Assembly: GCA_964567855.1 (NCBI GenBank)
Contig: CAZMOE010000004.1
Span: forward strand, 10,544 to 74,543
DNA from: an uncultured Prevotellaceae bacterium
GTDB lineage: Bacteria > Bacteroidota > Bacteroidia > Bacteroidales > UBA3663
Length of the DNA stretch: 64,000 nucleotides
Direction of reading: 5' to 3'
Each line of letters starts with the position of its first letter. The stretch's first letter is position 1. Below are positions 37,443-46,678 of the stretch, one piece after another. The position numbers were made by a program, and so were the translations under genes. Below the pieces are notes generated by a model. It was not told the DNA's origin and did not search any database. It worked only from the letters and a program-made list of their open reading frames with translations.

Positions 37443-38585
37443 ATGGCTTACTTAGAATCAAAGCCAAGGTATGAAGTCTTGGATGGGCTCAGAGGTGTGG
37501 CAGCTTTCTGTGTCGTTGGCTTCCATATGATGGAATGCTACTCTGCCGACATTACAAACAATATCATGGCGCATGGTTATCTCGCTGTGGATTTCTTCTT
37601 TGCTCTTTCGGGTTACGTGCTTGGCTATGCTTATCAAGACCGTTTTGACCAAATGGGATATAAAGGCTTTTTCAAGCGTCGTATTACCCGTTTGCATCCA
37701 ATGCTCCTGATCGGCATACTCATGGGTATCATCTTCTTCTATTATTCAGGAAGCACAGAGGTGTTCCATGCCGTGGATTCTACGCCATGGTATTTCCTGA
37801 TGCTTCAAGCATTTCTTACACTCCTTTGTATTCCTTTCCCTCAGTCGTGGGACATTCGTGGATGGGGCGAGCTATCAAGCATCAACGGTCCTGTATGGAC
37901 ATTGATTTACGAATACATCGCTAATATTCTCTATGCTTTTATCTTCCGTTTCCTGCCTACATGGGGATTGGCAATCCTTGCGTTGGGTGCTGCAGTTTGT
38001 TCTACCGACATTGCGCTGAATATGAACATCTTCGGCAACCTGACGGATAAAGACTATTTCTATTATATTAACGGCGGATTTGTCCTTACCCCTGAGCACA
38101 TCTATCTGGGTTTCACCCGTCTACTCTATCCGTTCCTCATCGGTCTTATCATGTCGCGTGTGGGTAAAATGATTAAATCCAATCACGGCTTCCTCATTAC
38201 TTCACTCATCGTTTTCGGTATGTTTAATATGCCTAAGTTCGATGGCGGTGGCAATATCATCGATGGTGCATACCAACTCGCGTGTGTGCTTATATTATTC
38301 CCCATCATCCTTGTCATTGGTGCAGGAAGCAAGGTGACAGGCAAGATGAGCACAAAGGTATGCAAGTTCCTTGGCGACATATCGTTCCCACTCTACATCA
38401 CGCACTATCCCGTCCTCTATATGCACATGTCGTGGGCACAGCGCCATCTCGATTTGCCCGTCAGCACACATGTGTTCGTAGCCATCACTACCACCATCTT
38501 GGTTATCATGATTGCCTGGGCATCGCTGAAGTTATACGATATTCCTGTACGTGCATGGCTGAAGGAACATTGGCTAAAGAACTAA
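37443..38585 (+). CDS. Acyltransferase family 3 (integral-membrane O-acyltransferase)
   Basis: 380 aa with about 10 TM helices. LDGLRGVAAFCVVGFHM...YLAVDFFFALSGYVL...RRITRLHP is the acyltransferase_3 signature. Confidence 0.85.
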   Translation: MAYLESKPRYEVLDGLRGVAAFCVVGFHMMECYSADITNNIMAHGYLAVDFFFALSGYVLGYAYQDRFDQMGYKGFFKRRITRLHPMLLIGILMGIIFFYYSGSTEVFHAVDSTPWYFLMLQAFLTLLCIPFPQSWDIRGWGELSSINGPVWTLIYEYIANILYAFIFRFLPTWGLAILALGAAVCSTDIALNMNIFGNLTDKDYFYYINGGFVLTPEHIYLGFTRLLYPFLIGLIMSRVGKMIKSNHGFLITSLIVFGMFNMPKFDGGGNIIDGAYQLACVLILFPIILVIGAGSKVTGKMSTKVCKFLGDISFPLYITHYPVLYMHMSWAQRHLDLPVSTHVFVAITTTILVIMIAWASLKLYDIPVRAWLKEHWLKN

Positions 38586-38605
38586 TCCTCAGAATCACAT
38601 GTAAA

Positions 38606-39340
38606 ATGAAAAAATGTATCTTACTTTTAATGATTATTGCAACAACTATGACATCATGTCATCAAAAAACATCTACAAACGAGGCTGATAAGACAACGTC
38701 AGAAGTGGCAGACACATTGCTGAAGTCTTTCACAAAAGATAATCTCTACTGGACACGCGAGCCAAAGCTATATAGCATTACCGATTCGCTTATTACCATT
38801 GAGACGGAACCAAACACCGACCTCTGGCAACGTACCTATTACGGTTTCCAGAACGATAATGCGCCTGTACTTCAGATGAAGACCTCACGCAAATTCTTCT
38901 CGTTTACAGTCAAAACGGAATTCAATAGTTCTGCACTATTCGACCAATGTGGTATTGCCGTTTATCTTGATAGTGAGAACTGGATGAAAGCAAGCATTGA
39001 GTTTGAAAACGATGAGTTCCAGCGTTTAGGCAGTGTCGTAACCAACAACGGCTATTCTGACTGGGCAACACATGACATTCCATCGTCAATCAAGCAGATG
39101 TGGTATCGTCTGAGCCGTCGCGAGAGTGACTTCTACGTTGAGACAAGTCTTGACGGCAAGGAGTTCAAGCAGATGCGAGTATTCCATTTATTCAAGGGTG
39201 ACGGTGAAATCTCCTTTGGCATTTATGCAGCAAGTCCTGTCAATCATTCTTTTACAGCCAAGTTCTCTGAAATGGAGATGACCGTTTGTAAATGGAATGC
39301 GTGGTCGGCAGAAGATACTGGATTTGAACAGATAAAATAA
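38606..39340 (+). CDS. DUF1349 (concanavalin-like) domain lipoprotein
   Basis: ATG at 38606 (MKKCILLLMIIATTMTSC lipobox). LYWTREP...ITIETEPNTDLWQRTYYGF..DNAP...FDQCGIAVY...WMKASIEFEN...LGSVVTNNGYSDWA...WYRLSRRESDF matches the DUF1349 pattern. The ORF-track start at 38282 overlaps the upstream gene. Confidence 0.7.
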   Translation: MKKCILLLMIIATTMTSCHQKTSTNEADKTTSEVADTLLKSFTKDNLYWTREPKLYSITDSLITIETEPNTDLWQRTYYGFQNDNAPVLQMKTSRKFFSFTVKTEFNSSALFDQCGIAVYLDSENWMKASIEFENDEFQRLGSVVTNNGYSDWATHDIPSSIKQMWYRLSRRESDFYVETSLDGKEFKQMRVFHLFKGDGEISFGIYAASPVNHSFTAKFSEMEMTVCKWNAWSAEDTGFEQIK

Positions 39341-39348
39341 AAGTAAAA

Positions 39349-39954
39349 ATGACAGTAAAACAGAACAACGCCCTTACCGCATGGGAGAAAATGCAATGCG
39401 ATATGATCTATGACGACTTTGATGAAGACCTCTTCAACCGCAGAGTCGATGCAAAGAAGATCTTCAACAAATTCAATCAAACAACTGACGAGCAGCCAGA
39501 AGAGCGCAAACAACTTCTGAAGCAACTATTCGGTAGCATTGGAGAGAACGTATATGTAGAGCCAACGTTCAAATGCGAGTTTGGCAAAAATATCTACATT
39601 GGCAATGATGTTTATATTAATTTCGATGCAGTGTTCCTCGACTGCTCACGCATAACCATAGGTAACAATGTACTGATAGGCCCTAACGTTGGTATGTACA
39701 GTGCAAATCATAGTCTTGACCCAGAGGAGCGAGCACAAGGAGCACTCATTGGTGGTCGAATTACCATTGGTGACAAGGTATGGATAGCTGGTGATGTAAA
39801 AATTATGGCCGGTGTGAGCATTGGCGAAGGGGCTGTAATTGGATGCGGCAGCATTGTTACCCATGACATCCCTCCTCGTACCTTCGCTGCCGGAAATCCT
39901 TGTCGTGTTATCAAGCAGATAACGGATGCGGATAAGGTTGGATTCTCGAAATAA
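39349..39954 (+). CDS. maa: Maltose/galactoside-type sugar O-acetyltransferase (hexapeptide repeat)
   Basis: 201 aa. MIYDDFDEDL..RR..AKKIFNKFN N-terminal Mac domain. Left-handed beta-helix repeats IGNNVLIGPNVGMYSANH...ITIGDKVWIAGDVKIMAGVSIGEGAVIGCGSIV...AGNPCRVIK. Confidence 0.85.
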   Translation: MTVKQNNALTAWEKMQCDMIYDDFDEDLFNRRVDAKKIFNKFNQTTDEQPEERKQLLKQLFGSIGENVYVEPTFKCEFGKNIYIGNDVYINFDAVFLDCSRITIGNNVLIGPNVGMYSANHSLDPEERAQGALIGGRITIGDKVWIAGDVKIMAGVSIGEGAVIGCGSIVTHDIPPRTFAAGNPCRVIKQITDADKVGFSK

Positions 39955-39996
39955 AACGTAGCCCCCTTTAGTCATTACATAAAGAAAAACTAAAAG

Positions 39997-40034
39997 CTCT
40001 CCCTCTGTCGAATGACGACAGAGGGAGAGTTTTA
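39997..40034 (+). terminator. Rho-independent terminator of the LuxR-acyltransferase cassette
   Basis: CTCTCCCTCTGTCG (39997-40010) pairs with CGACAGAGGGAGAG (40016-40029) as a 14-bp perfect stem with a 5-nt loop, followed by TTTTA. Confidence 0.85.
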
Positions 40035-40436
40035 TATTCTTTAGTATTTTGTGAAGTCATACTTTTATATAAGTAACTATGAATCATCGTCAATAAAATA
40101 GTTTTCTTTGATTTATGCTTCAACACTATAAAAGTTACAGAAAATAGAGTAATAATGAAAACACGGTACTTCGACAACTTCGCCGTAAACACACCGGGAG
40201 ACATTGGCGGCATATTATTTCTATCTTCCCCAAAAAACAATATATTGTGGTTGAAAGAACCTGCAGTTAGGATCTATTCTGAATTAATCGAACTACATTA
40301 TTAAAAAAGAAATCAGGAAAACAAATATTATTCCGTAAACCATTAAGTTGTCGTTGGTTAAAAATACAGAACTTCCGATAAACTTTGACCAACACAATTT
40401 CTTTCTATAAAATGTTTTTTATTAGATTTTTATTTG

Positions 40437-40444
40437 TACTTTTG
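40437..40444 (+). promoter_or_regulatory. -7 promoter box (TACTTTTG)
   Basis: TAnnTTTG match 45 nt upstream of the ATG at 40489. Confidence 0.45.
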
Positions 40445-40488
40445 CCCGCATTAATCGATATGAATGAAATTTGTAATTTCTTGGACTT

Positions 40489-43400
40489 ATGAGAAGACTT
40501 TTTACTTTTTTGACAGCGATGGTGCTGATGACAAGCACCGCTGTCGCACAAATGCCCGACACGCCGGAGCGTTCTACAGCAATTGGGCTTGGAGGAAAGA
40601 ATATCAAAACGGTCAATAGCATGCGTTTGCGTCAGCGGGATGGTGAAAGCCCCGTGAAGAAAGTATCTTTGTCTGCTGAGGAGCAGACAGTAAGCGTGCC
40701 TTTCACTCATACTCTCGGCAAGAACGAGAGTGGCACGAACACGGCGCTTTACTCTCTTGTGGACGCCAACAATGACGAAAAGACTTGGAAAATCGGTGGA
40801 TTCACAGGATATTCTGTCTGCATGAAACCTACCGCCGACGATATCGACAAAATGGACGACTGGCTGATGTCGCCCGGTATCATGCTTGAAGCCGGCAAAA
40901 CATACACCATCTGCTTCGAGATGAGATGTATTCTCTCTTCTGGAAAAAAGGAGGTGCTGGACGTACATATCGGTACTGGCAAGGAAATTGCCGCAATGGG
41001 CGATACTCCGCTGTTCACGGCTACTGTTACAAGCAAGGATTTTGAAGTAAAGACGGGGACACTGACAATAGAGGCCGACGGGGTCTACTATATCGGTTTC
41101 CATGCCGTAAGCCAGAAAGAAGAATCGGGGAACCTCGGATTATGCAATTTCAGCATGACGGCCGAATCGGCTGAGGTCGAAAAAATAGACCCTCCGGCAG
41201 CAGGTACAGTGGAGTATGAGATGTTCCCACAGGGAGAACTCAAGGCACACGTGAAATACACAGCCCCAACGAAAACTGTCAGCGGTGCGGATCTTACCAA
41301 GATAGACAAGGTTTTGATTGTGAACCGCTGGTATGAAAAGTTCGAGTATATGGATGTGATTCCCGGACAGGTGATCGAACTTGATGTTGACCTCTTCAGC
41401 GGAAAAACGAACAACCGCATACAGGCAACCGCATATCTACTCGACCCGCAAGGCGAGTATGTTGCGGGCGAGGAGGTACTCGTCACGGGCATTATGGCAG
41501 GATACGACTATCCTCTATCTCCGCAAAACGTAAAAGCAGTGGTGACTGCAGACCGCAAGACCGTGACACTGACATGGGACGCTGTAGGCGAAGTCGGCGA
41601 GGACGGCGGCTATGTACCTGCCGACAAGCTGAAGTATTATATCTTCGACGCTTTCGGCTCGTATTACGACCCAGCCATCGCAGAGACAGAAGAAACCTCA
41701 TACGTATTTGACTATTCAGACCTAAAGGAGCAGGACTTTTTCGCATATCAGGTCACAGCGTCGTATGTAGACCCTGCCGGTAACGATATGTCGTCATTCG
41801 CTACAAACTCAAACATTGTTACCGCAGGTCCCGCCTTTGAGTTGCCGTTCAAGGAGAGTTTCCCGGACGCACGATTCCAGCATGTATGGGTTTACAACCC
41901 TGAGTCGAGCAGCAGTGTCATGGCCGGTACCGTAGAGGACAACTATCTGCAGACAAATGCCGATGATCCGGATGCTGAACCTGAGTATATCAATTCCCAG
42001 GACAGCGACAACGGATTCTTCTATTTCCTGCCTGTGAACAAGGATGACATGCTCGGAATGTGCTCACAGGCCGTAGCCCTGCCCCAGACTGTGAACCCGT
42101 TGGCCCTCGATTTTTATGCACAGGGCAAGGGTAGCGTAATAGATGTGATCGTAACTGCGTCGGGTGCGGAGCCGGTAGTTGAGCGTACAATCGACTTCAA
42201 GCAGGAACCGACTGACGGCTGGACCCTCTTCTCTACTGACATTTCCAAATATGCCGGACAATGCATTGAGTTTGAAATACGTTTCCGCGCCATACACAAT
42301 GATGATGATCATACATGGAGCGTGCCGTTCGATAATATCTGCATCCATGAGGTAGTGGCCAACGATTTGGCTATTGGAAAGTTTGCGGTGCCGGCTATAA
42401 TCGAGGCCGCAAAGGATATGAATATCATTGTCGAGGTGGTGAACCAGGGCACCACAACGCCGGAAGGTGCTTCAGTCGAGCTTTACCGCGACGGAGAAAA
42501 GATCGGCGCAAAAACTATCGGGCAGTTCATCGACAATCGTATTGCGGTTGAGTTTATAGATAATATCGGTCTTGATGCCGCAGATGAAATAGAATATAAA
42601 GCGATAGTTGTGAATGAGGGTGAGGAGCTCGCCGCTGACAACGAAGCTATGGCCACAGCGATAGTGAAGTTCCCAGTGCAGCCCACAGTGGTAGGTCTTG
42701 CAGGTACAAGCGAGAACAGCAATGTGACGCTTATATGGCAACCTGTTATTCTCGGCGACCTTATGCCTCAGACCGTGACCGAGGACTTTGATAATCCTGA
42801 ATATGAGATGTTCAACTATACAGGGGTGGGCGGTTTCAATTTCATTGATATGGACGGAGGAAAGAACTACACCTTCTTGAAAGATGAGAAGAATCCGTAT
42901 AGAACAATACCTATGGCCTTCCAATTATGGGATCCGATACAAGCAGGAGTTCCTGACTCGTATCTTCTCGATTGCCCGACGCATAGCGGTAATGCCATGC
43001 TCGTGGCATGGAGCACAAACGGACAGAATGCCAATCTCCTGATTTCGCCGGAACTATCAGGCGAAGCCCAGACAATCACGTTCTATGCCAAAAGTTTCAC
43101 AATAGCTTATCCTGAGTCATTCACTGTCTACGGCTCTAAAACGGGTAATGCGGTAGAGGATTTCAGCAAAGCCTATGTGACAGTAACAGGCCAGTTTGGA
43201 GACAATAACACTTTGCCAGAGGTATGGACAGAATATACGGTGACAGTTGAGGATGGAGTGAAGTATATAGCCCTCTTACATGACTCTTACGACTCATATG
43301 CCATGTTCCTTGACGACTTCACATATACTGCGGCTCCTCCGATGCCGGAAGATACCGAACTCGTAGGCTATAATGTGTACCGTGATGGTGTGAAGGTGAA

Positions 43401-43695
43401 CGCAGAACCTGTGGTTGAGACAACATACGTGGACCGGCTTGAAAAAGAGCCCGGAGAATACACGTTCAGTTATCGTGTAAGCGCTGTGTACAACAATGCA
43501 GAGTCGCGCCATTGTAAGGCCATTACCGTGCCTGTGCATATCATTGAGAATGCAATATCCGATGTGGTTTCGGATAGTCCAATAGCTCCAACAAAGTATT
43601 TCTCCATTGACGGCAGGGCTGTGAACGCTCCAAAATCGGGTATATATATTCGCCGTCAGGGTACGAAGGTAAGCAAGGTTCACGTTATAAGATAA
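40489..43695 (+). CDS. T9SS-sorted choice-of-anchor-J / cleaved-adhesin-like large surface protein
   Basis: 1068 aa. Signal peptide MRRLFTFLTAMVLMTSTAVAQ. DDWLMSPGIMLEAGKTYTICFEMR and AMFLDDFTY are the bracketing motifs of cleaved-adhesin/choice-of-anchor-J modules, and at least two such modules are present. FN3/Ig-like spacers. C-terminus KYFSIDGRAVNAPKSGIYIRRQGTKVSKVHVIR is a T9SS sorting domain. Confidence 0.7.
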   Translation: MRRLFTFLTAMVLMTSTAVAQMPDTPERSTAIGLGGKNIKTVNSMRLRQRDGESPVKKVSLSAEEQTVSVPFTHTLGKNESGTNTALYSLVDANNDEKTWKIGGFTGYSVCMKPTADDIDKMDDWLMSPGIMLEAGKTYTICFEMRCILSSGKKEVLDVHIGTGKEIAAMGDTPLFTATVTSKDFEVKTGTLTIEADGVYYIGFHAVSQKEESGNLGLCNFSMTAESAEVEKIDPPAAGTVEYEMFPQGELKAHVKYTAPTKTVSGADLTKIDKVLIVNRWYEKFEYMDVIPGQVIELDVDLFSGKTNNRIQATAYLLDPQGEYVAGEEVLVTGIMAGYDYPLSPQNVKAVVTADRKTVTLTWDAVGEVGEDGGYVPADKLKYYIFDAFGSYYDPAIAETEETSYVFDYSDLKEQDFFAYQVTASYVDPAGNDMSSFATNSNIVTAGPAFELPFKESFPDARFQHVWVYNPESSSSVMAGTVEDNYLQTNADDPDAEPEYINSQDSDNGFFYFLPVNKDDMLGMCSQAVALPQTVNPLALDFYAQGKGSVIDVIVTASGAEPVVERTIDFKQEPTDGWTLFSTDISKYAGQCIEFEIRFRAIHNDDDHTWSVPFDNICIHEVVANDLAIGKFAVPAIIEAAKDMNIIVEVVNQGTTTPEGASVELYRDGEKIGAKTIGQFIDNRIAVEFIDNIGLDAADEIEYKAIVVNEGEELAADNEAMATAIVKFPVQPTVVGLAGTSENSNVTLIWQPVILGDLMPQTVTEDFDNPEYEMFNYTGVGGFNFIDMDGGKNYTFLKDEKNPYRTIPMAFQLWDPIQAGVPDSYLLDCPTHSGNAMLVAWSTNGQNANLLISPELSGEAQTITFYAKSFTIAYPESFTVYGSKTGNAVEDFSKAYVTVTGQFGDNNTLPEVWTEYTVTVEDGVKYIALLHDSYDSYAMFLDDFTYTAAPPMPEDTELVGYNVYRDGVKVNAEPVVETTYVDRLEKEPGEYTFSYRVSAVYNNAESRHCKAITVPVHIIENAISDVVSDSPIAPTKYFSIDGRAVNAPKSGIYIRRQGTKVSKVHVIR

Positions 43696-43716
43696 ACGTA
43701 AAGAACCGAATATATG

Positions 43717-43752
43717 AAAACACCCTTGTGGCAAAGCCGCAAGGGTGTTTTT
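43717..43752 (+). terminator. Rho-independent terminator
   Basis: AAAACACCCTTG (43717-43728) pairs with CAAGGGTGTTTT (43740-43751), with an 11-nt loop and a T-run. Confidence 0.8.
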
Positions 43753-44138
43753 GGTATGACGGGTATGAGTCACAATCGTGGCACCATTCCACAAAGGACA
43801 CCGTTACGAACATTTTCCGACTACCCGATTGGAAACAGATTTGGTATCCGAACAAATGGAAACAGAAAAACAATCGTATGCGATATCCACTTCCAATATC
43901 ATTTTTTATATAAAGAAGGACAGCCCAACGTCAATGCAATAATTGCACATTTCGTTCATCCCTTTTCTCTGCAAATGCATGAATTAATCATATTCGCTAT
44001 AAAAATACAAAACAATTCACTACAAACAAAAGAATTCATATTCGAATACCACATTCTGCTAAAAATCCGTATCTTCGTCGTCCGAACCCGATGGAATCCG
44101 GAAACAACATTCCATCATCAGGCACATCGACAGTCATT

Positions 44139-45584
44139 ATGCTTTTCAATTCTTTAGAATTCATCCTATTCCTGCCGATAGTCTTTCTGCTCTATTGGTT
44201 TGTCTTTAAAAGACTGCTTTGGCAAAACCTTTTTCTGGTGGCGGCAAGTTATGTCTTTTATGGCTGGTGGGATACACGATTTCTGACTCTGATCGCGCTG
44301 ACTACGCTCCTCAGCTACGCAAGCGGGTTGCTTATCGCCCGATATGAGCACCGCAGGAGATGGCAACAAGCAATCTGTACAGCCAATATCATCTTGAATC
44401 TCTCCATCCTCGGCGTATTCAAATATTACAATTTCTTTGCCGAAAATCTGGCGGCATTGCTCCGCTATTTCGGTTTCCAGCCCGACTGGGCGACACTCCA
44501 CATCCTGCTACCAGTCGGCATCAGTTTCTATACGTTTCAGGCGCTGAGTTACAGCATAGACGTCTATCTGCGAAAGATCGCCCCCTGCCGGGATATCGCC
44601 GCATTCTTCGCCTACATCAGCTTTTTCCCTCAATTAGTAGCCGGTCCTATTGAAAGGGCCACCCATCTGCTTCCCCAATTCTACCGCCATAGGACTTTCA
44701 ACTACGCGGATGCTACAGACGGCTGCCGACAAATCCTGTGGGGCTTCTTCAAGAAAATGGTTGTCGCCGACAATTGTGCAACGGTAGCCAATCTGATCTG
44801 GGAAAACTATTCTCACGAAAGCGGTTTTACTTTATTGATGGGCGGAATCTTCTTCTCTTTCCAGATATACGGCGACTTCTCCGGTTATTCCGACATCGCC
44901 ATCGGGACGGCCCGTCTATTCGGCATCCGCTTAATGCGGAATTTCGATTTTCCCTATTTCTCGCGCGACATTGCCGAATTCTGGCGCCGCTGGCACATCT
45001 CCCTCACCACATGGTTTCGCGATTATATCTACATTCCCTTGGGAGGCAGCCGTCACGGTCGTCGGAAAACGATACGCAACACCTTCGTCATCTTTCTGAC
45101 CAGCGGACTCTGGCACGGTGCCAACTGGACATTCATCGTATGGGGTTTCTACCACGCCCTGCTCTTCCTGCCACTGATGCTGTCGGGCAAGAATCGCAAA
45201 CATACCGGACCCACAGCCGAAGGACACCTCTTCCCTTCGGTCAAAGAATTCTGCCAGATGATTTGGACGTTCTTCCTGGCCTTGGTCGGCTGGATCATTT
45301 TCCGTTCCGGAAACATCGGCCAGGCTTGGGACTATCTCAGCCGTCTATTCTCCCTTTCGCTCTTCGACCTCCGCAGTTTCCAATACAGCCGCCAACCCCT
45401 GCTTTATATTTTCATCCTCCTGCTGATCGAATGGGTGCAACGCGACAAAGCGCACGCACTGCAACTACCGGCCAGTGAATCACCCGGCTGGAAAATCGCA
45501 CGGTGGGGATGTTACTATCTGTTGCTACTGCTCATCCTGTTCCACGCAGGCAGTCAACAGACCTTCATCTATTTCCAATTTTAA
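44139..45584 (+). CDS. MBOAT family O-acyltransferase (AlgI/DltB/PatA class)
   Basis: Start taken at MLFNSLEFILFLPIVFLLYWF. FWRRWHISLTTWFRDYIYIPLGGSRHG and GLWHGANW carry the conserved MBOAT histidines. Polytopic. Confidence 0.9.
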   Translation: MLFNSLEFILFLPIVFLLYWFVFKRLLWQNLFLVAASYVFYGWWDTRFLTLIALTTLLSYASGLLIARYEHRRRWQQAICTANIILNLSILGVFKYYNFFAENLAALLRYFGFQPDWATLHILLPVGISFYTFQALSYSIDVYLRKIAPCRDIAAFFAYISFFPQLVAGPIERATHLLPQFYRHRTFNYADATDGCRQILWGFFKKMVVADNCATVANLIWENYSHESGFTLLMGGIFFSFQIYGDFSGYSDIAIGTARLFGIRLMRNFDFPYFSRDIAEFWRRWHISLTTWFRDYIYIPLGGSRHGRRKTIRNTFVIFLTSGLWHGANWTFIVWGFYHALLFLPLMLSGKNRKHTGPTAEGHLFPSVKEFCQMIWTFFLALVGWIIFRSGNIGQAWDYLSRLFSLSLFDLRSFQYSRQPLLYIFILLLIEWVQRDKAHALQLPASESPGWKIARWGCYYLLLLLILFHAGSQQTFIYFQF

Positions 45585-45609
45585 CCGCCATCGCGACCGT
45601 TCACGCCCT

Positions 45610-46623
45610 ATGAAAAAATTCCTGTCCCGCCTCCTGCTCTTTCTGAGTCCCGTGCTCATCCACCTGATCGTGTACATAGCGACCGATCCGTTCATGATCC
45701 TGCGCCGCTACGACAACTACTATACTGAAAACCGCTTCCATCTGGCCCTCGACAGAGACTATGTCAGTACCACCACTTATGCCCAGCAACAGAACCGGTA
45801 CCATTATGACAGTTTCATCTTCGGCAATTCCCGCAGCATATTCTACGAAATCCAAGATTGGCAACGGCACATCGGGCAAGAGTGCCGCTGCTATCATTTC
45901 GACGCCGCATCGGAAAGCCTCTATGGAGTCTGGAAAAAGATAAAATATATCGACCAAAACAACGGGCATATACAAAATGCCCTGCTCATCATGGACCACT
46001 CCTTGTTGAAACAACACCAGCCAAACACAGATTCTCATCTTTTCTACCCGGCACCGGCCCTTGAGAACAACCGCAACATAATAGGATTCCACCTCACCCA
46101 TTGGAAAGCATTCGCCAACCTCAAACTGCTGTATGCTTTCACAGACTATGCTCTTTCCAAGAAAAGCAAGCCCTATATGTCCAGCAACTTCCTGCTCGAC
46201 TTTTTCAACGGGAGCTATGATGTAACAACCAACGAGATCCAGGAAACCGATTTGGAAGCCAAGATCGCAGAAGGATGTTACTACACCTCGGAAAAAATGA
46301 ACATATTCAAAGGGAAACAAACACCGAAAATTCATCCCGCAGTCATCGAAGAAGCTCAAAGAGGGATGCTCGAAGAGATAAAAAGCATCTTCGACAAACA
46401 TCAAACCGACTATAAAATCGTCATCTCTCCCCTCTACTCCCAGATCAGGCTGCACGGTGACGATCTGGCCATATTAGAACACATTTTCGACCCAAAACAT
46501 GTGGCCGATTTCTCCGGTGTCAACGAAATCACCACCGACTACAGAAATTATTACGAGGATTCACACTATCGCCCACATGTCAGCCGGTATATTATGAGCA
46601 AAATATATGCTCAACAGCACTAA
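45610..46623 (+). CDS. Hypothetical membrane-anchored protein, candidate SGNH-like partner of the MBOAT (DltD/AlgJ/PatB-like role)
   Basis: ATG at 45610 (MKKFLSRLLLFLSPVLIHLIVYI signal anchor), 25 nt after the MBOAT stop. FGNSRS near the N-terminus and YEDSHY near the C-terminus resemble SGNH block I and block V. Family not recognised with certainty. Confidence 0.5.
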   Translation: MKKFLSRLLLFLSPVLIHLIVYIATDPFMILRRYDNYYTENRFHLALDRDYVSTTTYAQQQNRYHYDSFIFGNSRSIFYEIQDWQRHIGQECRCYHFDAASESLYGVWKKIKYIDQNNGHIQNALLIMDHSLLKQHQPNTDSHLFYPAPALENNRNIIGFHLTHWKAFANLKLLYAFTDYALSKKSKPYMSSNFLLDFFNGSYDVTTNEIQETDLEAKIAEGCYYTSEKMNIFKGKQTPKIHPAVIEEAQRGMLEEIKSIFDKHQTDYKIVISPLYSQIRLHGDDLAILEHIFDPKHVADFSGVNEITTDYRNYYEDSHYRPHVSRYIMSKIYAQQH

Positions 46624-46670
46624 CCAATCATTAAAAAACTCATATACATACATTCTTAAAAATAAATTCC

Positions 46671-46678
46671 TATATTTG
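46671..46678 (+). promoter_or_regulatory. -7 promoter box (TATATTTG), about 325 nt upstream of the LRR gene
   Basis: TAnnTTTG match. It implies a long 5' leader (see findings). Confidence 0.4.

Noticed and set aside
38282-38605. Upstream extension of the DUF1349 ORF (track start 38282).
   Set aside because: It overlaps the 3' end of the acyltransferase-3 gene in another frame. The lipoprotein signal peptide starts at 38606.
40155-40304. 49-aa small ORF (MKTRYFDNFAVNTPGDIGGILFLSSPKNNILWLKEPAVRIYSELIELHY) in the AT-rich spacer before the adhesin-like gene.
   Set aside because: No promoter box, no recognisable family and a length below what I can support. It could be a gene fragment. Left uncalled.
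40405-41103. 232-aa minus-strand ORF overlapping the start of the choice-of-anchor-J gene.
   Set aside because: It is antisense to a gene with a clear signal peptide and domain motifs, and nothing is recognisable in it.
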